DNA of 64,000 bases. Source: Octopus vulgaris. Its lineage: Eukaryota. Positions 26,806 through 40,389 of the stretch are shown here, piece after piece; positions within the stretch are counted from its first letter, which is position 1, and each line of letters begins with the position of its first letter. Where the stretch lies: NCBI GenBank assembly GCA_951406725.2, contig OX597822.1, positions 71,114,001-71,178,000 of the forward strand. The letters run 5' to 3'. Under the pieces are notes generated by a model that ran no database searches, had not been told where the DNA came from, and worked only from the letters and a program-made list of their open reading frames with translations. A program made the translations under genes and the position numbers.

Positions 26806-27417
26806 TGAAAAATAACAAAGAAAATACACTATTTCTTTTACATTGCGGCTAATTAATTCCAGAGTATATTATTGCCATGAAATCATTTCAAAATGCAATA
26901 ATATGTACTGAAAAATAGATTACATGATTAATTTTTTTCAAAATACATCAATACATACTCCAAAATATCATACCACATCCAAAACACTTTACTATGATCA
27001 AATAATTTCAAGATTGTGTATTCTAATGTATGTTTTTACAGTCAAATTAAAATTTTGTAAATACATTGTTAAACACTCCAAGGCACACTATTATAAAGAC
27101 ATAATAAAATATTCCAAAGTAGACAGTTACATACCGGTTTCAATTCTCATAGAAGATATTTATTTATTACACATGTACATGTGTAATGGCTTGCTACTAA
27201 TGATTACTGCCAACTATGCAGCACCTTAGGTAGGTATCATTTTGTATAGCCTCATGCTGAACTGCAACTACATTGGATTGCAACTGGGGATGTTTGTCAA
27301 CATTTTCTGTCAATTTCTGTCATCAGCTAGCATTGTACTTTTTAATTTCTCTCGAATAAAAATTCCCTTACTTGCAAAAAAAGTGAGAAATAGCATCGAG
27401 AAGAGCATCCAGCCATT

Positions 27418-27640
27418 TTAACCCTTTAGCAATCAGATTAATCTATGAAATCTAATGCTTATTTATTCATTGTTTTAAATTAATCATGCATTGTGTCATA
27501 ACTTTAACATTTCAAAGATATTATTGTTTATGTTTAGAAAAACATTGTGGGATAGGTGTGAGAGACTGGATACGGCTGATTTGAACATAAAAACAGAATA
27601 TTTGGGCCAGTTATGGCTGGTTTGAATACCAAAGAGTTAA
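27418..27640. mobile_element. piggyBac-like MITE
   Basis: ttaa-ccctttagca ... taccaaagag-ttaa: TTAA at both ends with CCC-type TIRs. Confidence 0.6.
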
Positions 27641-27977
27641 TCCAGCCTCAAATTCTTCTCTGTCTAACTCATGTCAGCATGGAAAGAGAGATGTCTAATG
27701 AACAAATGAATAAACTAGTTTGAAGAAGTAAGAAAAATACACATTAGCTTTCTAAGTGTTTAACATAGTTTATCTTAGAAGGAAAAATGTACTAGTAATA
27801 TTTACCTTTCTATGTGAAGTAATTAAAAATTTTTTATGTGATGCTTAGTTTGTACTTCATCTCTAGAGTGTTTCAAAGTCAAACAGATTAAGAATCTCTG
27901 CTTTAGGGTGTGACTTGAGTGAGATTTAAGACAGTACAGAGAGACTCCTTTGCTGACTGGACTTAAGGAAATCTCCT

Positions 27978-28103
27978 TAACCACATGGTTCTGAGTTCAG
28001 CTCCTCTGTGTGGCACTTTGGGCAAGTGTCTTCTACTATAGCCTTGGGCTGAGCAAAGCCTTGTGAGTGAATTTGGTAGACAGAAACTGAAAGAAGCCCG
28101 TCG

Positions 28104-28150
<47 letters not shown>

Positions 28151-28365
28151 ATGAGTCTGTGTTTGTGTGTTTGTCCCCTCAGCATCACGTGACAACTTTA
28201 TGCTGGTGTGTTTACATCTCTGTAACTTAGTGGTTTGGCAAAAGAGACCGATAGAATAAGTACTAGGCTTACAAAGTAGAAGTCCTGGGGCTGATTTGCA
28301 GGACTAAAGGCGGTGCTCCTGCATGGCCACAGTCAAATGACTGAAACAAGTAAAAGAATAAAAGA
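27978..28365 (+). mobile_element. SINE family A
   Basis: Matches family A from the B box to the tail. Confidence 0.8.
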
Positions 28366-28379
28366 ATGTGGGACTTATC

Positions 28380-29195
28380 ACTGCCAACACGACGACGACG
28401 ATGATGGCAACCACCACCACCACCACCACTATTGCCGCTGCCGCCACCGCCACCATCTCCACCATCACCACCACCACCGCTATCACTTAATGAAATCTTC
28501 ACAGATGATTCTATAAGCCGTCAGGTCATATCATCATTATTACCACCACAACTGCAATTATGTTGTTGCCACCAATGCTGATGTCACCGCTGCCGCCGAA
28601 ACCACCACCACCACCGCCACCAATGCCGTTACCACCACCACCACCACCATTATTATTACCATCATTCCCACGACCTCAACTTAATAAAATCTCCAATGAT
28701 CATTCCATAAACTAACAAGACTTACTACCAATATCACCATCACCATCATATCAACATCACTATTTAATGAAATCTTCAACATTGGTTCCACAAACCAACG
28801 GACTCACCACCACCACCACCACCACCACCACCACCACCACCACCACCACCACCACCACCACACCATCACCACCACCACCACACCACCACCACTTAATGAA
28901 ATCTTCTGTGATTGGTTCAATAAAGCAATGGGACTTGCTATCACCATTACTACTATGATGTCAGCGACAACTACCGCCACAGCTACCACCACCACCACTA
29001 CCCTACCAATACTACCAATACCATCACCACCATCAAAACCACCAATGCCACAATCACAACCACCATCATCACCACCACCGCCACCACCACCACCACCACT
29101 ACTCCACCAGTACTACCAATGCCATCACCACCATCAAAACCACCAATGCCACAATCACCACCACCACCACCACCACCACCATCACCATTATCATC
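28380..29195. repeat. (CAC)n-rich low-complexity tract with a recurring spacer motif
   Basis: A cttaatgaaatcttc-like motif recurs at about 28486, 28680, 28764 and 28892 between (CAC)n runs. Confidence 0.8.
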
Positions 29196-29839
29196 ACACA
29201 CTTATAAAAACAAAAAAATAATAGCAAAGCAAAATTGACTGACCACTTTACCATTAAACTACCATTTCTTTCCTTTGCTTTACTTTCAAGTAAAAGCCGG
29301 CACAATATAATATATTGAATGGATATTAAATTGGCTGCTCTGGAATCTATTTATCTCCATCTTCAAAATCTTCCACGCGGTATTGTTTTCAGTGATGTTT
29401 AATTAGTTTATAAACGAAGAGAAAGCCTTATATTGAACATGAAATGTAATTATAGGATGTTGAGATGTTTTACTGCTAAGATTGAATTCCTTAATTAGTA
29501 GTTCATAAATGCAATAATTCAGAACAAGGCACCAAAGATTAATTCCAATACACACTAAATGTACGCATGTTATATTATAAATTTCCAGAGACAGAATCAG
29601 TCATTCTTTTTCAGACTATTACATATAAGATGAAAAGTAAAGTTTTTTTGTTTTTTATTCTAAAAATATGTATTTTTCGAATATATTTTATCTTGAGTTT
29701 CATACACCACGTTACATTACATACCCAGCAGTGCAATAGGGAAGAATAGTGTTGACCAGAATAAAGAATGGTAAGATAGAAAAATTTTCAGCATACATAT
29801 GGAGCATCCTCAGGCTACAAGACAAGAGAAATATATGCT

Positions 29840-29900
<61 letters not shown>

Positions 29901-29911
29901 ATATATATATA

Positions 29912-29960
<49 letters not shown>

Positions 29961-30442
29961 ATATATATATGTATGTATGTATATGTGTATACAGAACTGA
30001 ATTTATACATGTATATTCAAATAAGCTTATATGCAAACATTTATGAATTTTTGCATACACACACACACACACACACATGCGTGCGATCACACACACATGT
30101 GTATAGTCATGTGTATACACACACACACACACACACACACACAATACAAATTTTTAATGCTCTTATTTTAGCAAATTTGAAAAAAAAACTTGAATATACA
30201 TATATATGTATGTATGCAGGTATGTGTGTGTAATGTATGTATGTACGTATACTATACTAAAATAATTTGTCGTATGCATGATGAACAATGAATATCAAAA
30301 TGATGACTTGCATATGTATTCTTAATAAGTTCCAGTACGTTCGGAAGTGAATATGCTAACGACTTTTGTGTTTCGTCAAAGGCAACCAGTTTCCTAACAA
30401 CGAATGTGTTTTCATACACATTCAATTCATTAGAGAAAGAAA

Positions 30443-30490
30443 CTCTGAGACATCCGTTGTTTCGATGTCGTCATGTCTCGTCAGCCTGAA
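30443..30490 (-). ncRNA. Type-I hammerhead ribozyme-like motif (weak stem II)
   Basis: ttcagg-CTGACGA-gacatgacgacatc-GAAA-caacggatg-TC-tcagag. Confidence 0.55.
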
Positions 30491-30632
30491 GCTGAATATA
30501 TATAGATATATATATATATGTATAAAGATATTATTATTATTAATAATAAATAATAACAAAAATAATATAAATGGCCAACAAGCATTAAAGCCAAAGACAC
30601 AAAGACACAAATTAGTAAATTTATAATTAATT

Positions 30633-30796
30633 AGAAATAAGAGTCGAAAATACCCAAATAAGCCACCATTTCACTGAAAATACAACAGGCTGACGAAAAT
30701 TGAGAGAAGAGTAAAATTTACCTTACCATATTCATCAGCTTGTTGTATTTTCAGGAAAATGGTGGCTTATTTGAGTGTTTTTCGACTCTTATTTCT
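30633..30796. repeat. Inverted repeat, arms about 65 bp
   Basis: agaaataagagtcgaaaa...ggctgacgaa pairs with ttcatcagc...ttttcgactcttatttct. Confidence 0.88.
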
Positions 30797-30844
30797 TGCA
30801 ACGCTGATACTTCGTGTACCCTCAATTATAATTAATAATTAACT

Positions 30845-31280
30845 TTCTACTATAGCCTCGGGCCGACCAAAGCCTTGTGAGTGGATTTGGTAGATGAAAA
30901 CTGAAAGAAGCCCGTCGTATATATATATGTATATATATATATGTGTGTGAGTGTGTGTGTATGTGTGTGTGTGTGTGTGTGTATGTTTGTGTGTCTGTGT
31001 TTGTCCCCCTAGCATTGCTTGATAACCAGTGCTGGTGTATTTATGTCCCAGTCACTTAGCGGTTCGGCAAAAGAGACCAAAGCCTTGTGTGTGTGTATGT
31101 TTGTGTGTCTGTGTTTGTCCCCCTAGCATTGCTTGACAACCGATGCTGGTGTGTTTATGTCCCTGTCACTTAGCGAGTAACTACTAGGCTTACAAAGAAT
31201 AAGTCCTGGGGTCGATTTGCTCGACTAAAGGCGGTGCTCCGGCATGATTGCAGTCAAATGACTGAAACAAGTAAAAGAGT
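30845..31280 (+). mobile_element. SINE family A, 5'-truncated with internal duplication
   Basis: The segment tgtttgtgtgtctgtgtttgtcccc...cacttagcg occurs twice. Confidence 0.8.
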
Positions 31281-32090
31281 ATATATTAATATATATGTTT
31301 GTACAGTATGTATATATGTATGTATATTGCAAATTATATCTTCAACGAGTTAACTTGAGATTTCTTAATCACAATATAACCTTCGTATAATTAAGGTATC
31401 TTTGGCCTGATGATTAGCTAAGTAACTACCCCTCATTGAGTAGTCATTGCTTCCAAGATTCTGCTAGCTAGAAACATACGTAGTCTGTATTTTACCTGCT
31501 TCACTCCCTCAATTTGGATTTTTATTCACATTCATAGCAACTAACCGTGAGCTCTAAAGGATTTTTTATCAGCTTATTGAACTTTGATATGGGAAAAGCC
31601 TACCTTCAATGCCGATAAACTATTAGTGTTCCTGAACATTGTTTTTTTTATATATATACTTACCACAGACTGTTCGAAACATACAAACTTCCTATACTTA
31701 GATCCATGGGTCTTATAATTACCCACACACATACGTCTTTTTATCGTAAGAAAATATTTCTCCATAGTAACTGTGCTGAATTTGCCATTTAGCAGTTGAA
31801 ATATGTCATAAACATATTTTAACTAACCTAACTTATTTGTACACACACACACATACATACACACACTGTCACACACACATGTATTTAAACTACTATTCAG
31901 GGCTGTGAATGCTTGATTCAGTATTCGTTGCTGACGAAGTATAACGATGATCTGATTCTGTTTTTTATAACCCAATAGTGTATTTTTCACATATTTTCTA
32001 TGAAGAGTATTTTCCGCAGTGAAAGGTTTTGCTCTGTCACACACACACACACCATGCGCACACAAACACACACACCACTCACACACACCA

Positions 32091-32162
<72 letters not shown>

Positions 32163-32163
<1 letters not shown>

Positions 32164-32506
32164 TGTTTTCCACCTGCCTTCGTCTTTTGTTTATTTTCAT
32201 AAAGCTTCCCGTTATATATTATGCGCTCACGTGGTCTCACTTTCATCCTATATTCTACCAATACCACTATCAACACTTACCTCTACCTTGGATTTTCTTT
32301 ACCTCTTGGATCTACTGCACGCATTTTTTTTCTCTCCTTCTTTCTGTGTTTTTCTCTCTCTGTGTATCTTTCTGTTGAAGAGCGTAGGCTCGAAACGTTA
32401 AAGACTTGTTTTATTTATATTTCCTGAGCGCCATACTAATACAATTGTTCGTTTGTTTTCCACCTGCCTTCGTCTTTTGTTTATTTTCATAAAGCTTCCC
32501 GTTATA
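32163..32506 (+). mobile_element. Penelope-terminus/retrozyme-like 290 bp unit with terminal direct repeat and hammerhead variant
   Basis: 32163-32216 equals 32453-32506. Motif tcttt-CTGTTGA-A-gagc-gtag-gctc-GAAA-cg-TT-aaaga at 32367-32404. Related copies at about 40740-40918 (-) and 61230-61415 (-). Confidence 0.7.
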
Positions 32507-33324
32507 TATATATATATATGTATCAGAAAACATCTGCCGGATTCGAATGCTGTATCTACTGTAAACCATGTAGCTGTGTTAACTACTACAGCAAAGCAAC
32601 ATGTTGCAAAGCACACTTTTGCCACTATTGTATCTGTCTTTTGACGACGGTTGTCACTCTGACAAATATTGTTATATTCTGAAGTCATCGATAGAATGGT
32701 TCTACTGGGGGTCATACAGTGTTGTTATCCTCAAAAAATAGGATCGTTATAACATGCACTCATTATCACTGTATAATTACTATATCAGCACAGACACGAC
32801 TATCAACACAGTCTACACGTACTCTCGACCTTCTCCTGTCGACCGGCTACCGGTCTATTTATAATGGCTGGTTACTACCACTTTTTACCAGGAGGGGTGT
32901 ACAGTTTCACTATACAACACAACATTACAACCTTTGACTGGCTAAAGTACTAGGCTTAAATTAAGTAAGTAGCTAAAACGATATACCATTGACACATCAA
33001 TGGATTGCCGAATATTTCTGTTAGACCCTGTGGTTGATATTCATAATCAGCGTCATTATATTCTTTACACTTCTACATATACTGATCAATTCTCAGTCAT
33101 GTCAGCTGAGCTAGACATGATTTACCGAGGAGATCTTAGAAGAAGTATGTCCATTACTTTCATACATTACTTTAAAAACAAGACCACTCTTAATTGCATT
33201 GTCTGTTGTTTCCCAAAAAATTGAATTAGTTGATAATGGAGTTTAGAGACAGTGTTTTCCTTCTGTTCACAAGGATAGTCACAGTTAATTAAAATTGCTC
33301 TACTCACCATATTACTTGTGTGTC

Positions 33325-33404
<80 letters not shown>

Positions 33405-33771
33405 GCCTGCTCTATTGTTAGCATGTATATACACATGTATATGGATTGGTAAACTTGGTGTAGAATAGCGTTGTATATTATACTGAAAGTTGAATCGTTA
33501 CTCTGATTTTCACGTGACCGATTGTTCATACGATTGGAAAAGGGAAGCAATATGATAACATACAAGCAAAAATATTTGTAAATCAGCCAAAAATATTTAC
33601 AAACACTGAAACCCCGCCAAATTGTATAGGGTTTACTAAAGGTTCCTTTAAAAAATTCTAGCAATAATGTATACATTCAGGTAGTCACAATGGCATTTCA
33701 CTACTTCACTATCCAATTAAGCTTACTAGACGATAGTATTATTAGTAACAAGCTCTTTGTGGAACACATGT

Positions 33772-33903
33772 ACCCCTTACATAAAAGGCTTCAGATGTTG
33801 TGATCTTTGTCCCTTGGAAAAGTATAACATCCTATTACTGACCTTTGCAGTTATAAACAAAAGGTCGAAACTGGTGAATTTTTGCAAACATTTTTATCAA
33901 TAG
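33772..33903 (+). pseudogene. Penelope-like element GIY-YIG endonuclease C-terminal relic
   Basis: TPYIKGFRCCDLCPLEKYNILLLTFAVINKRSKLVNFCKHFYQ* fits the PLE pattern PY...CxLCxxEK..I...LNKRSEL...CxH. Confidence 0.7.
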
Positions 33904-35446
33904 TTAATAAAGAATTTCCAGATATCAACTGGGTAAAATATTCACCAAGGCATGTAAGACAGTTATATATTGGGAAAAAAAATCCAGTTATTCATCAAAA
34001 CTAAAACTTCATTAACAATATCCATCATCATCAATAATTAATTAAATGATCCATCTGCTAGCAAAGCAGTTGGGTCATTTAATTAATTATTGATGCGCTG
34101 ATCAGCATGGACTGCATAGTGCACAATAGAGTACACTCTACATAGAATAAGTTTTAACTGTTACTTCAGAGTGCGATTGAATATAATGGACAAATGTCAG
34201 CAGAAGTGTTTGCAATCTCTTATTGTGTAAGTATGTATTTTATATGCATATATTTACGTGTAACGATTATATGTAGCAAATAAATGGGGGAAAAATAATA
34301 GCTAATACAGTCTATATGTTATCATTAAAATGTGAGATATAACTTCTTCGAGTTGTTGTACACGGATAGGTTGAAATTCTGTAGCTCATTTTGTAAGAAG
34401 TTAAGTCGATTTGTTGTTGATTACTAAAAGATGGGTAGAAGGAGAAAGAGTAAAAGAATTTACTTATCTGTGTTGACGAGAAGGGGGAAAATTGTATAGT
34501 CCAGCAGTGACATGCCATAAATGAAGGGAGAAAGAAGGAGAGATTGTGATCTTTCAGGAGGATGGCAGGGAGGGGGCACAAGTGAAAGAGGTAGAATTGA
34601 GTTTGGGTTCTGTATTTATATTTTTTCTAACTAAATTAGGGTCAGGCTAAACAAAGGACGTTTTGTCTATTATCTTGTATGAACTGTTGGTAACCGAAAA
34701 TGGTTAGTTAAAGAATAGAACTTATCTATATGTGACAGTTGACTGTTATCAATTCCTTGGTGTAAATGCCAAGAACAACAAGAAGGAACTCATAGAAAAA
34801 TCTAGACTGGGTTTCAAATCTTTAAAAAATCCTGCAATAATATATACATTCAGATATTCAGAATGACACCCCACCACTTCACTATCCAATTAAGTATGTA
34901 TGCTTAGACGCACACATATGTATGTGTCTATCCATGCATAGACACACACATCTGTATGTGGGTACAGGTGCGTTTCTTTAGATATATTTGGCTTAACACA
35001 CCATGTGTCTTCATGGTTAAGAAATTTATAGCACAATCGTGGGACTCAGAGATCGACCTTATTGCGTCACGTCTTGGGTAAGTGTCTTCTACCATAGCTT
35101 TGAGTCGAACCGAGTTCCAGTTAAATCGGAGAGACAGGAAATTGAACTTGTCATTCGAAAGACTGGTTGGAAATTATGATTAGGGAGGACACGTGTTTGT
35201 GGAATACCTGGCCACTAACACGCTAATTTAATGACCAGGTAGTTCAGTTGGCCAAACAGCTGAATATTCATCGTCGAAGCAGACGGATAGTGTGTGTGTG
35301 TATGTGTGTGCGTGTGCGCGCGAGCATGAGGTTGTGTGCAGTCGTCTCGCAACCTTCTTCATCTAATAATTATTTTAATGTATAATAAATTTTGTGATAG
35401 CCACATCACGAGTCTGTGTACCCATATATTACTCTACAAATATATA

Positions 35447-35483
<37 letters not shown>

Positions 35484-36607
35484 AGAGGGAGACGGAAGTT
35501 TATAGAGAATGATACATGTTATATAAATCAAAGTACACACATTAAAACAAACAAACATACATAGGTCAATTTTCTATGTTTATTTAAACGTATATTACTT
35601 GAATTATCTTTCACATGTCATCCTGTTTAGACTAATTTTATATATTTGTGTATTATCGCATTAAAATTTGACTTCCTTCTATTTCCTTTAACCTTTTCCG
35701 AAGCATCTGCAAAAATAAAAACAAAACAAAGAAAATCATTATTTTTACGGAATAGTTTTTTCCTTTCACTCCTACATAAGTTTATGCTTTCTATACAATT
35801 TATATACATACATTTTTGTGCATATATATGTATATGTGGGCACGGCACATGTATGTACGCCTATATCTATGTAATACTATCTAATTATACATATATATTA
35901 TATATATAAATATGTGTGTACATATTTATGTGTGTGAGTGTACATATACACACATACATACAGTATCTTTATATGTGTGCGTGTATGTGTAAGTATGTAT
36001 GCAGGTATGTGTTGCAGTCTAAATTCAACTGAAAAAGTGAAAAACAATCCAAGGCAGAGTAATTACAGCATGCAATTTTACATGATGAATATTACTACTT
36101 AATGTTTCACCAAATGGATAGCATTACAATGTCTAGAAATCCCACGCACACAACGGATTATTAAGTAACAACTATTGTCTCAATACCATATACATGCAAT
36201 TTTCGCTATCTGTTGGGTATTCATTAAAATTGTGTAATTGTGTATATGAAATTAAGATTGTAGTATTTGTCGGTGACGATTTTTTGCGGGTGCACGACAT
36301 TCTTGAACGATATCATACTATTCATCAGGTGAAACTTCAAGTAGCAATAGTGATCCTATAAGTTAAAGTCATGCAGATTAAGAAAACAGGAACTTATGAT
36401 GACCCTGTGGATCACAGTTTTTTCTTTAGCTGTCTGGAGCATTGCTTTCAATTATGGTGGCCTCTTAGCGTCAAACTAATGACAGAACTTAGTTACAATA
36501 ACTGTTACATCAAAATGCCTGCCTCATTACAATACAAGAATTACTGAAAGAGGCTAGAAGAGCTGTATTTCTACTTTGTAGGGCGAATACCTGTGCAGTG
36601 CTAACAT

Positions 36608-37018
36608 GAGCTGGCCGAAACATTAGCATGCCGGGCGAAATGCTTAGCGGTATTTCGTCTGCGTTACGTTGTGAGTTCAAATTCCGCCGAGGTCGACTTT
36701 GCCTTTCATCCTTTCGGGGTCGATAAATTAAGTACCAGTTACGCACTGGGGTCGATGTAATCGACTTAATACCTATGTCTGTCCTTGTTTGTCCCCTCTG
36801 TGTTTAGCCCCTTGTGGGTAATAAAGAAATAGGTATTTCGTCTGCCGTTACGTTGTGAGTTCAAATTCCGCCAAGGTCGACTTTGCCTTTCATCCTTTCG
36901 GGGTCGATTAAATAAGTACCAGTTACGCACTGGGGTCGATGTAATCGACTTAATACCTATGTCTGTCCATGTTTGTCCCCTCTATGTTTAGCTCCTTGTG
37001 GGTAATAAAGAAATAGGT
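36608..37018 (+). mobile_element. Family D (Nin/Deu-type) SINE with tandem duplication of its body
   Basis: ggtatttcgtctg...ataaagaaata occurs twice in tandem and the two copies are nearly identical. Confidence 0.85.
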
Positions 37019-38283
37019 ATGTGTTAGTCTTACATGCATGTTTAGATGTGGTTTTATCTGATGGAATCCATTCCTATCACCAACATGACAGCATTAACTG
37101 GATGAATTTATCAGATAGGTTGTCTGTCTTGCCATAATATTTCTAAAACTTCTCACGGTATGATGTGGTATTTAGAAGCGGATCAATTTTGGTAGGCTGG
37201 TGGGTTTATTTGCAACGTATGGAGTCTTAGAAGTGGAGCAGGGAGTTTAGAGTCGATTAGGGAACTTGGGTTATTGGAATAATGGTTACTAGCCATACTA
37301 ACCAAGATAAGAGTGGAAACGCATTGTTGAAGCGAACAGCAACCTGTAATGCTGAACATGAAAATTATTTCACTATTTTGGTAGGCGGTATAGGAGCGTT
37401 ATAGGAACGGTCTAGGAAAAAGGCTATTTACATGAGGCTACTCAGTATAGCTGCAAAAGAAGCGTATCCTGATAGAAAGGAAGGAAAATGATGGAAGGGA
37501 CGGGCAGATGGATGGTATATCACCGAAAAACAAAAGAATGTGGAACACACGAACAATAAAACTTACATTTATGTCTAAGTTAATCAGTCATTTAGACGGA
37601 ATTAGCATATTGTGTGATCTTAATTTTGCATATATTCTAATTGATAGAAATAATTGTTAATTAATGAAAGAAATAATATCAAAAAGAGTAATAATATCTT
37701 AACTGAGCTTCTTAGTTTTTGTTCTCCTGTTATCGATAAACAAACAGCTTCTCAAATAACATAACATTATGAACTATAAAAACATATGTTGATGTATTGG
37801 TTATAAGCTTTCTTTTACACTAAATTTGCATATTTCGAATCTATTTTCCATATATTACAATTGTTAAAAAAACAATTGCTAATTAATTAAGAAAACAATA
37901 TTGAAAATACTAAATGAATCAACGTACACACACACACAAATTAATATATAAACTGTTACTCCGTCGGTTCCGACGACGAGGGTTCCAGTTGATCCAATCA
38001 ACAGAACAGCTTGTTCATTAACATCCAATGGCTGAGCACTCCACAGACATGCATATCCTTAATGTGGTTCTCAAAGAGATTTCAGCATGACACAGAATGT
38101 GTGTGACGAGTCTGGCCGTTTGAATTACTGGTACAACTAATTTCTAATTTTTTGCCAGGTGAGTAAACTAGGGCAATGAGAAATAAGCAAACACACACAC
38201 ACAAACAGTAATGGAATACACACAATTGTGTTTTATAGTAACGGTCACACCCACAAGTGCATGTGTGTATGTACATAAAAAAC

Positions 38284-38592
38284 CCCCTTTGGTCATGAAT
38301 GACCATGGGATTGCACCTAGAAAGTTACCCTCCCACGCACAAGTCCGGGCAAGGTTGTTCATGGATACCAGCCTCCCATCTCCACGCCACTGATGTCATC
38401 CAAGGGAAACACAAAGGCCGATACAGCTTGGCATCAGTGATGTCGCAACTCATTTCTACAGCTGAGTGAACTGGAGCAACATGAAATAAAGTGTCTTGTT
38501 CAAGAACACGACACACAGCCCGGTCTGGGAATCAAACTCTCTACCTCGTGATTGTGAGCCCGATGTTCTAATCACTGAGCCATGCGCCTTCA
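38284..38592 (-). mobile_element. SINE family B
   Basis: Reverse complement of family B including the head gaaggcgcatggctcagtgattag. Confidence 0.85.
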
Positions 38593-38629
38593 CTATATAT
38601 ATTACACACACACACACACATACATCATT

Positions 38630-39075
38630 ATAGGTACAGGAGTGGCTATGTGGTAAGCAGCTTGCTTACCAAACACATGGATTCAGGTTCAGTCCCACTG
38701 CATGGCACCTTGAGCAAGTGCCTTCTACTATAGCCTTGGGCCGACCAAAGTCTTGTTAGTGGATTTAGTAGACGGAAACTGAAAGAAGCCCGTCATGTAT
38801 ATATATATATATATATGTTTGTATGTCTATGTTTGTCCCTTCACCATCGCTTCACAACCGATGGTGGTGTGTTTGCGTCCCTGTAATTTAGCTGTGCTCT
38901 AGCATGGCCGCAGTCAAATGTCTGAAACAAATAAAAAAATAAATATGACAGATGTGTTTCAGTTTCAACTCACAAGACTTTGGTCGGGGCCTGAAGCTAT
39001 GGTGCCAAACAGCGAGCCTGAACCTGGAACCATGTGGTTAGCAAGTAAACTTCTTACGACACAGCCATGCCTGCA
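38630..39075. mobile_element. SINE family A (+, 38630-38935) followed by an inverted partial copy (-, about 38955-39075)
   Basis: Matches family A on both strands. Confidence 0.75.
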
Positions 39076-39109
39076 GCCGTGTGTATGTAAATATATATAT
39101 ATATATACT

Positions 39110-39203
<94 letters not shown>

Positions 39204-39447
39204 TAAATTATAGATATATGTATAAATATGTATACATGTGCATGTATATGTGTGAGTACCTACACACACACACACATTAATATAAGTATCTCTGTATAGA
39301 AGTCTATACTACTTTTTTTGTTTGTTGGTTCTGTCGCGTTGGGAGTTACTTCAAAGATTAGAGAGTACTGGCTGTGCTGAGAGAAGTAAATACGATAGAT
39401 TGATTGATATATCGACAGAAAGAAAATCGACAGAATATGAAGGGGGA

Positions 39448-39493
<46 letters not shown>

Positions 39494-39727
39494 TATTCAG
39501 TCAATGCAATTATGTGTGTGTGTGTGTGTGTGAGTGTTTAAAGAAACCAGACCTTTAGAACAGTGTGCCAATAAGTGGTTGCAGCGTGCTCACCAATGCA
39601 GACTTTGAATGGGTGATCTTGAACTTCAGAATCATTAAAGCCACGTCACGTCAGTTAAGCATCGATCTATACGTGCTAGACTGAACTTATATTTAGTACA
39701 CTTGGCGATTTGTTGCAAGTTCAACAG

Positions 39728-40105
39728 ATTTGGAATAGCAACATATTTATGAGAAATTCTGTCTCGCAAAAAAAATATCTAAAAAAAAAAAAAAAAAACG
39801 ATAAATAAATAGATATAAAAGATAAAAGAAAAAAAGTTTTGGAGATATTTCTTGCTTGCAACAGGTTTATGGGAAAGATTGTTTGAGCCGTACACAGTTT
39901 TTCGAGAAGGAACAACGGTTCGAAACGGAAAGAACATTCACAGAAAATGATCGCAAATTAGGATGATCTTTCCACGGTAACAATGCAAAAGTGTACGTTG
40001 TGATCTGTGAAAATCGTGGCCAGACCGTCCATAAAGTTACTGAAGAACCTGGTATATGTAAAAGTTTGCAACAAATGATTTTGAAAGGAAAAAAAAGACA
40101 TGTTT
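39728..40105 (+). mobile_element. Mariner transposase N-terminal (HTH) relic
   Basis: LQQVYGKDCLSRTQFFE...RF...VICENRGQTVHKVTEEPGICKS matches mariner N-terminal DNA-binding segments; stops and a poly-A insertion interrupt it. Confidence 0.7.
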
Positions 40106-40349
40106 GAAAACGTGTTGGGGTTTCAGAAATGTTATATATATATATATATATAATATGAATTAGAGATAAAACCACTATTATGCAACTCAAACAGTGATAG
40201 ACATAAACCAATATATAAATAACAAATAAAATAAATATAATTAATATATAATATATATATATATATATATATAATTTTTTTTTCCCAAAAGTATAAAAAG
40301 AATGATAAATATAATATAATAAGTAAAAACACTATGTACGTTTCATGGC

Positions 40350-40389
<40 letters not shown>

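Noticed and set aside
28767-29305. Poly-Thr/Pro/His ORFs resembling mucin or extensin
   Set aside because: Simple (CAC)n repeats with stops in the spacer motif and no splice support.
36190-36360. MQFSLSVGYS...HQVKLQVA, faintly like Pif1/Helitron helicase C-terminal motifs
   Set aside because: The key KSQG motif is absent and stops surround it; a profile search would be needed.
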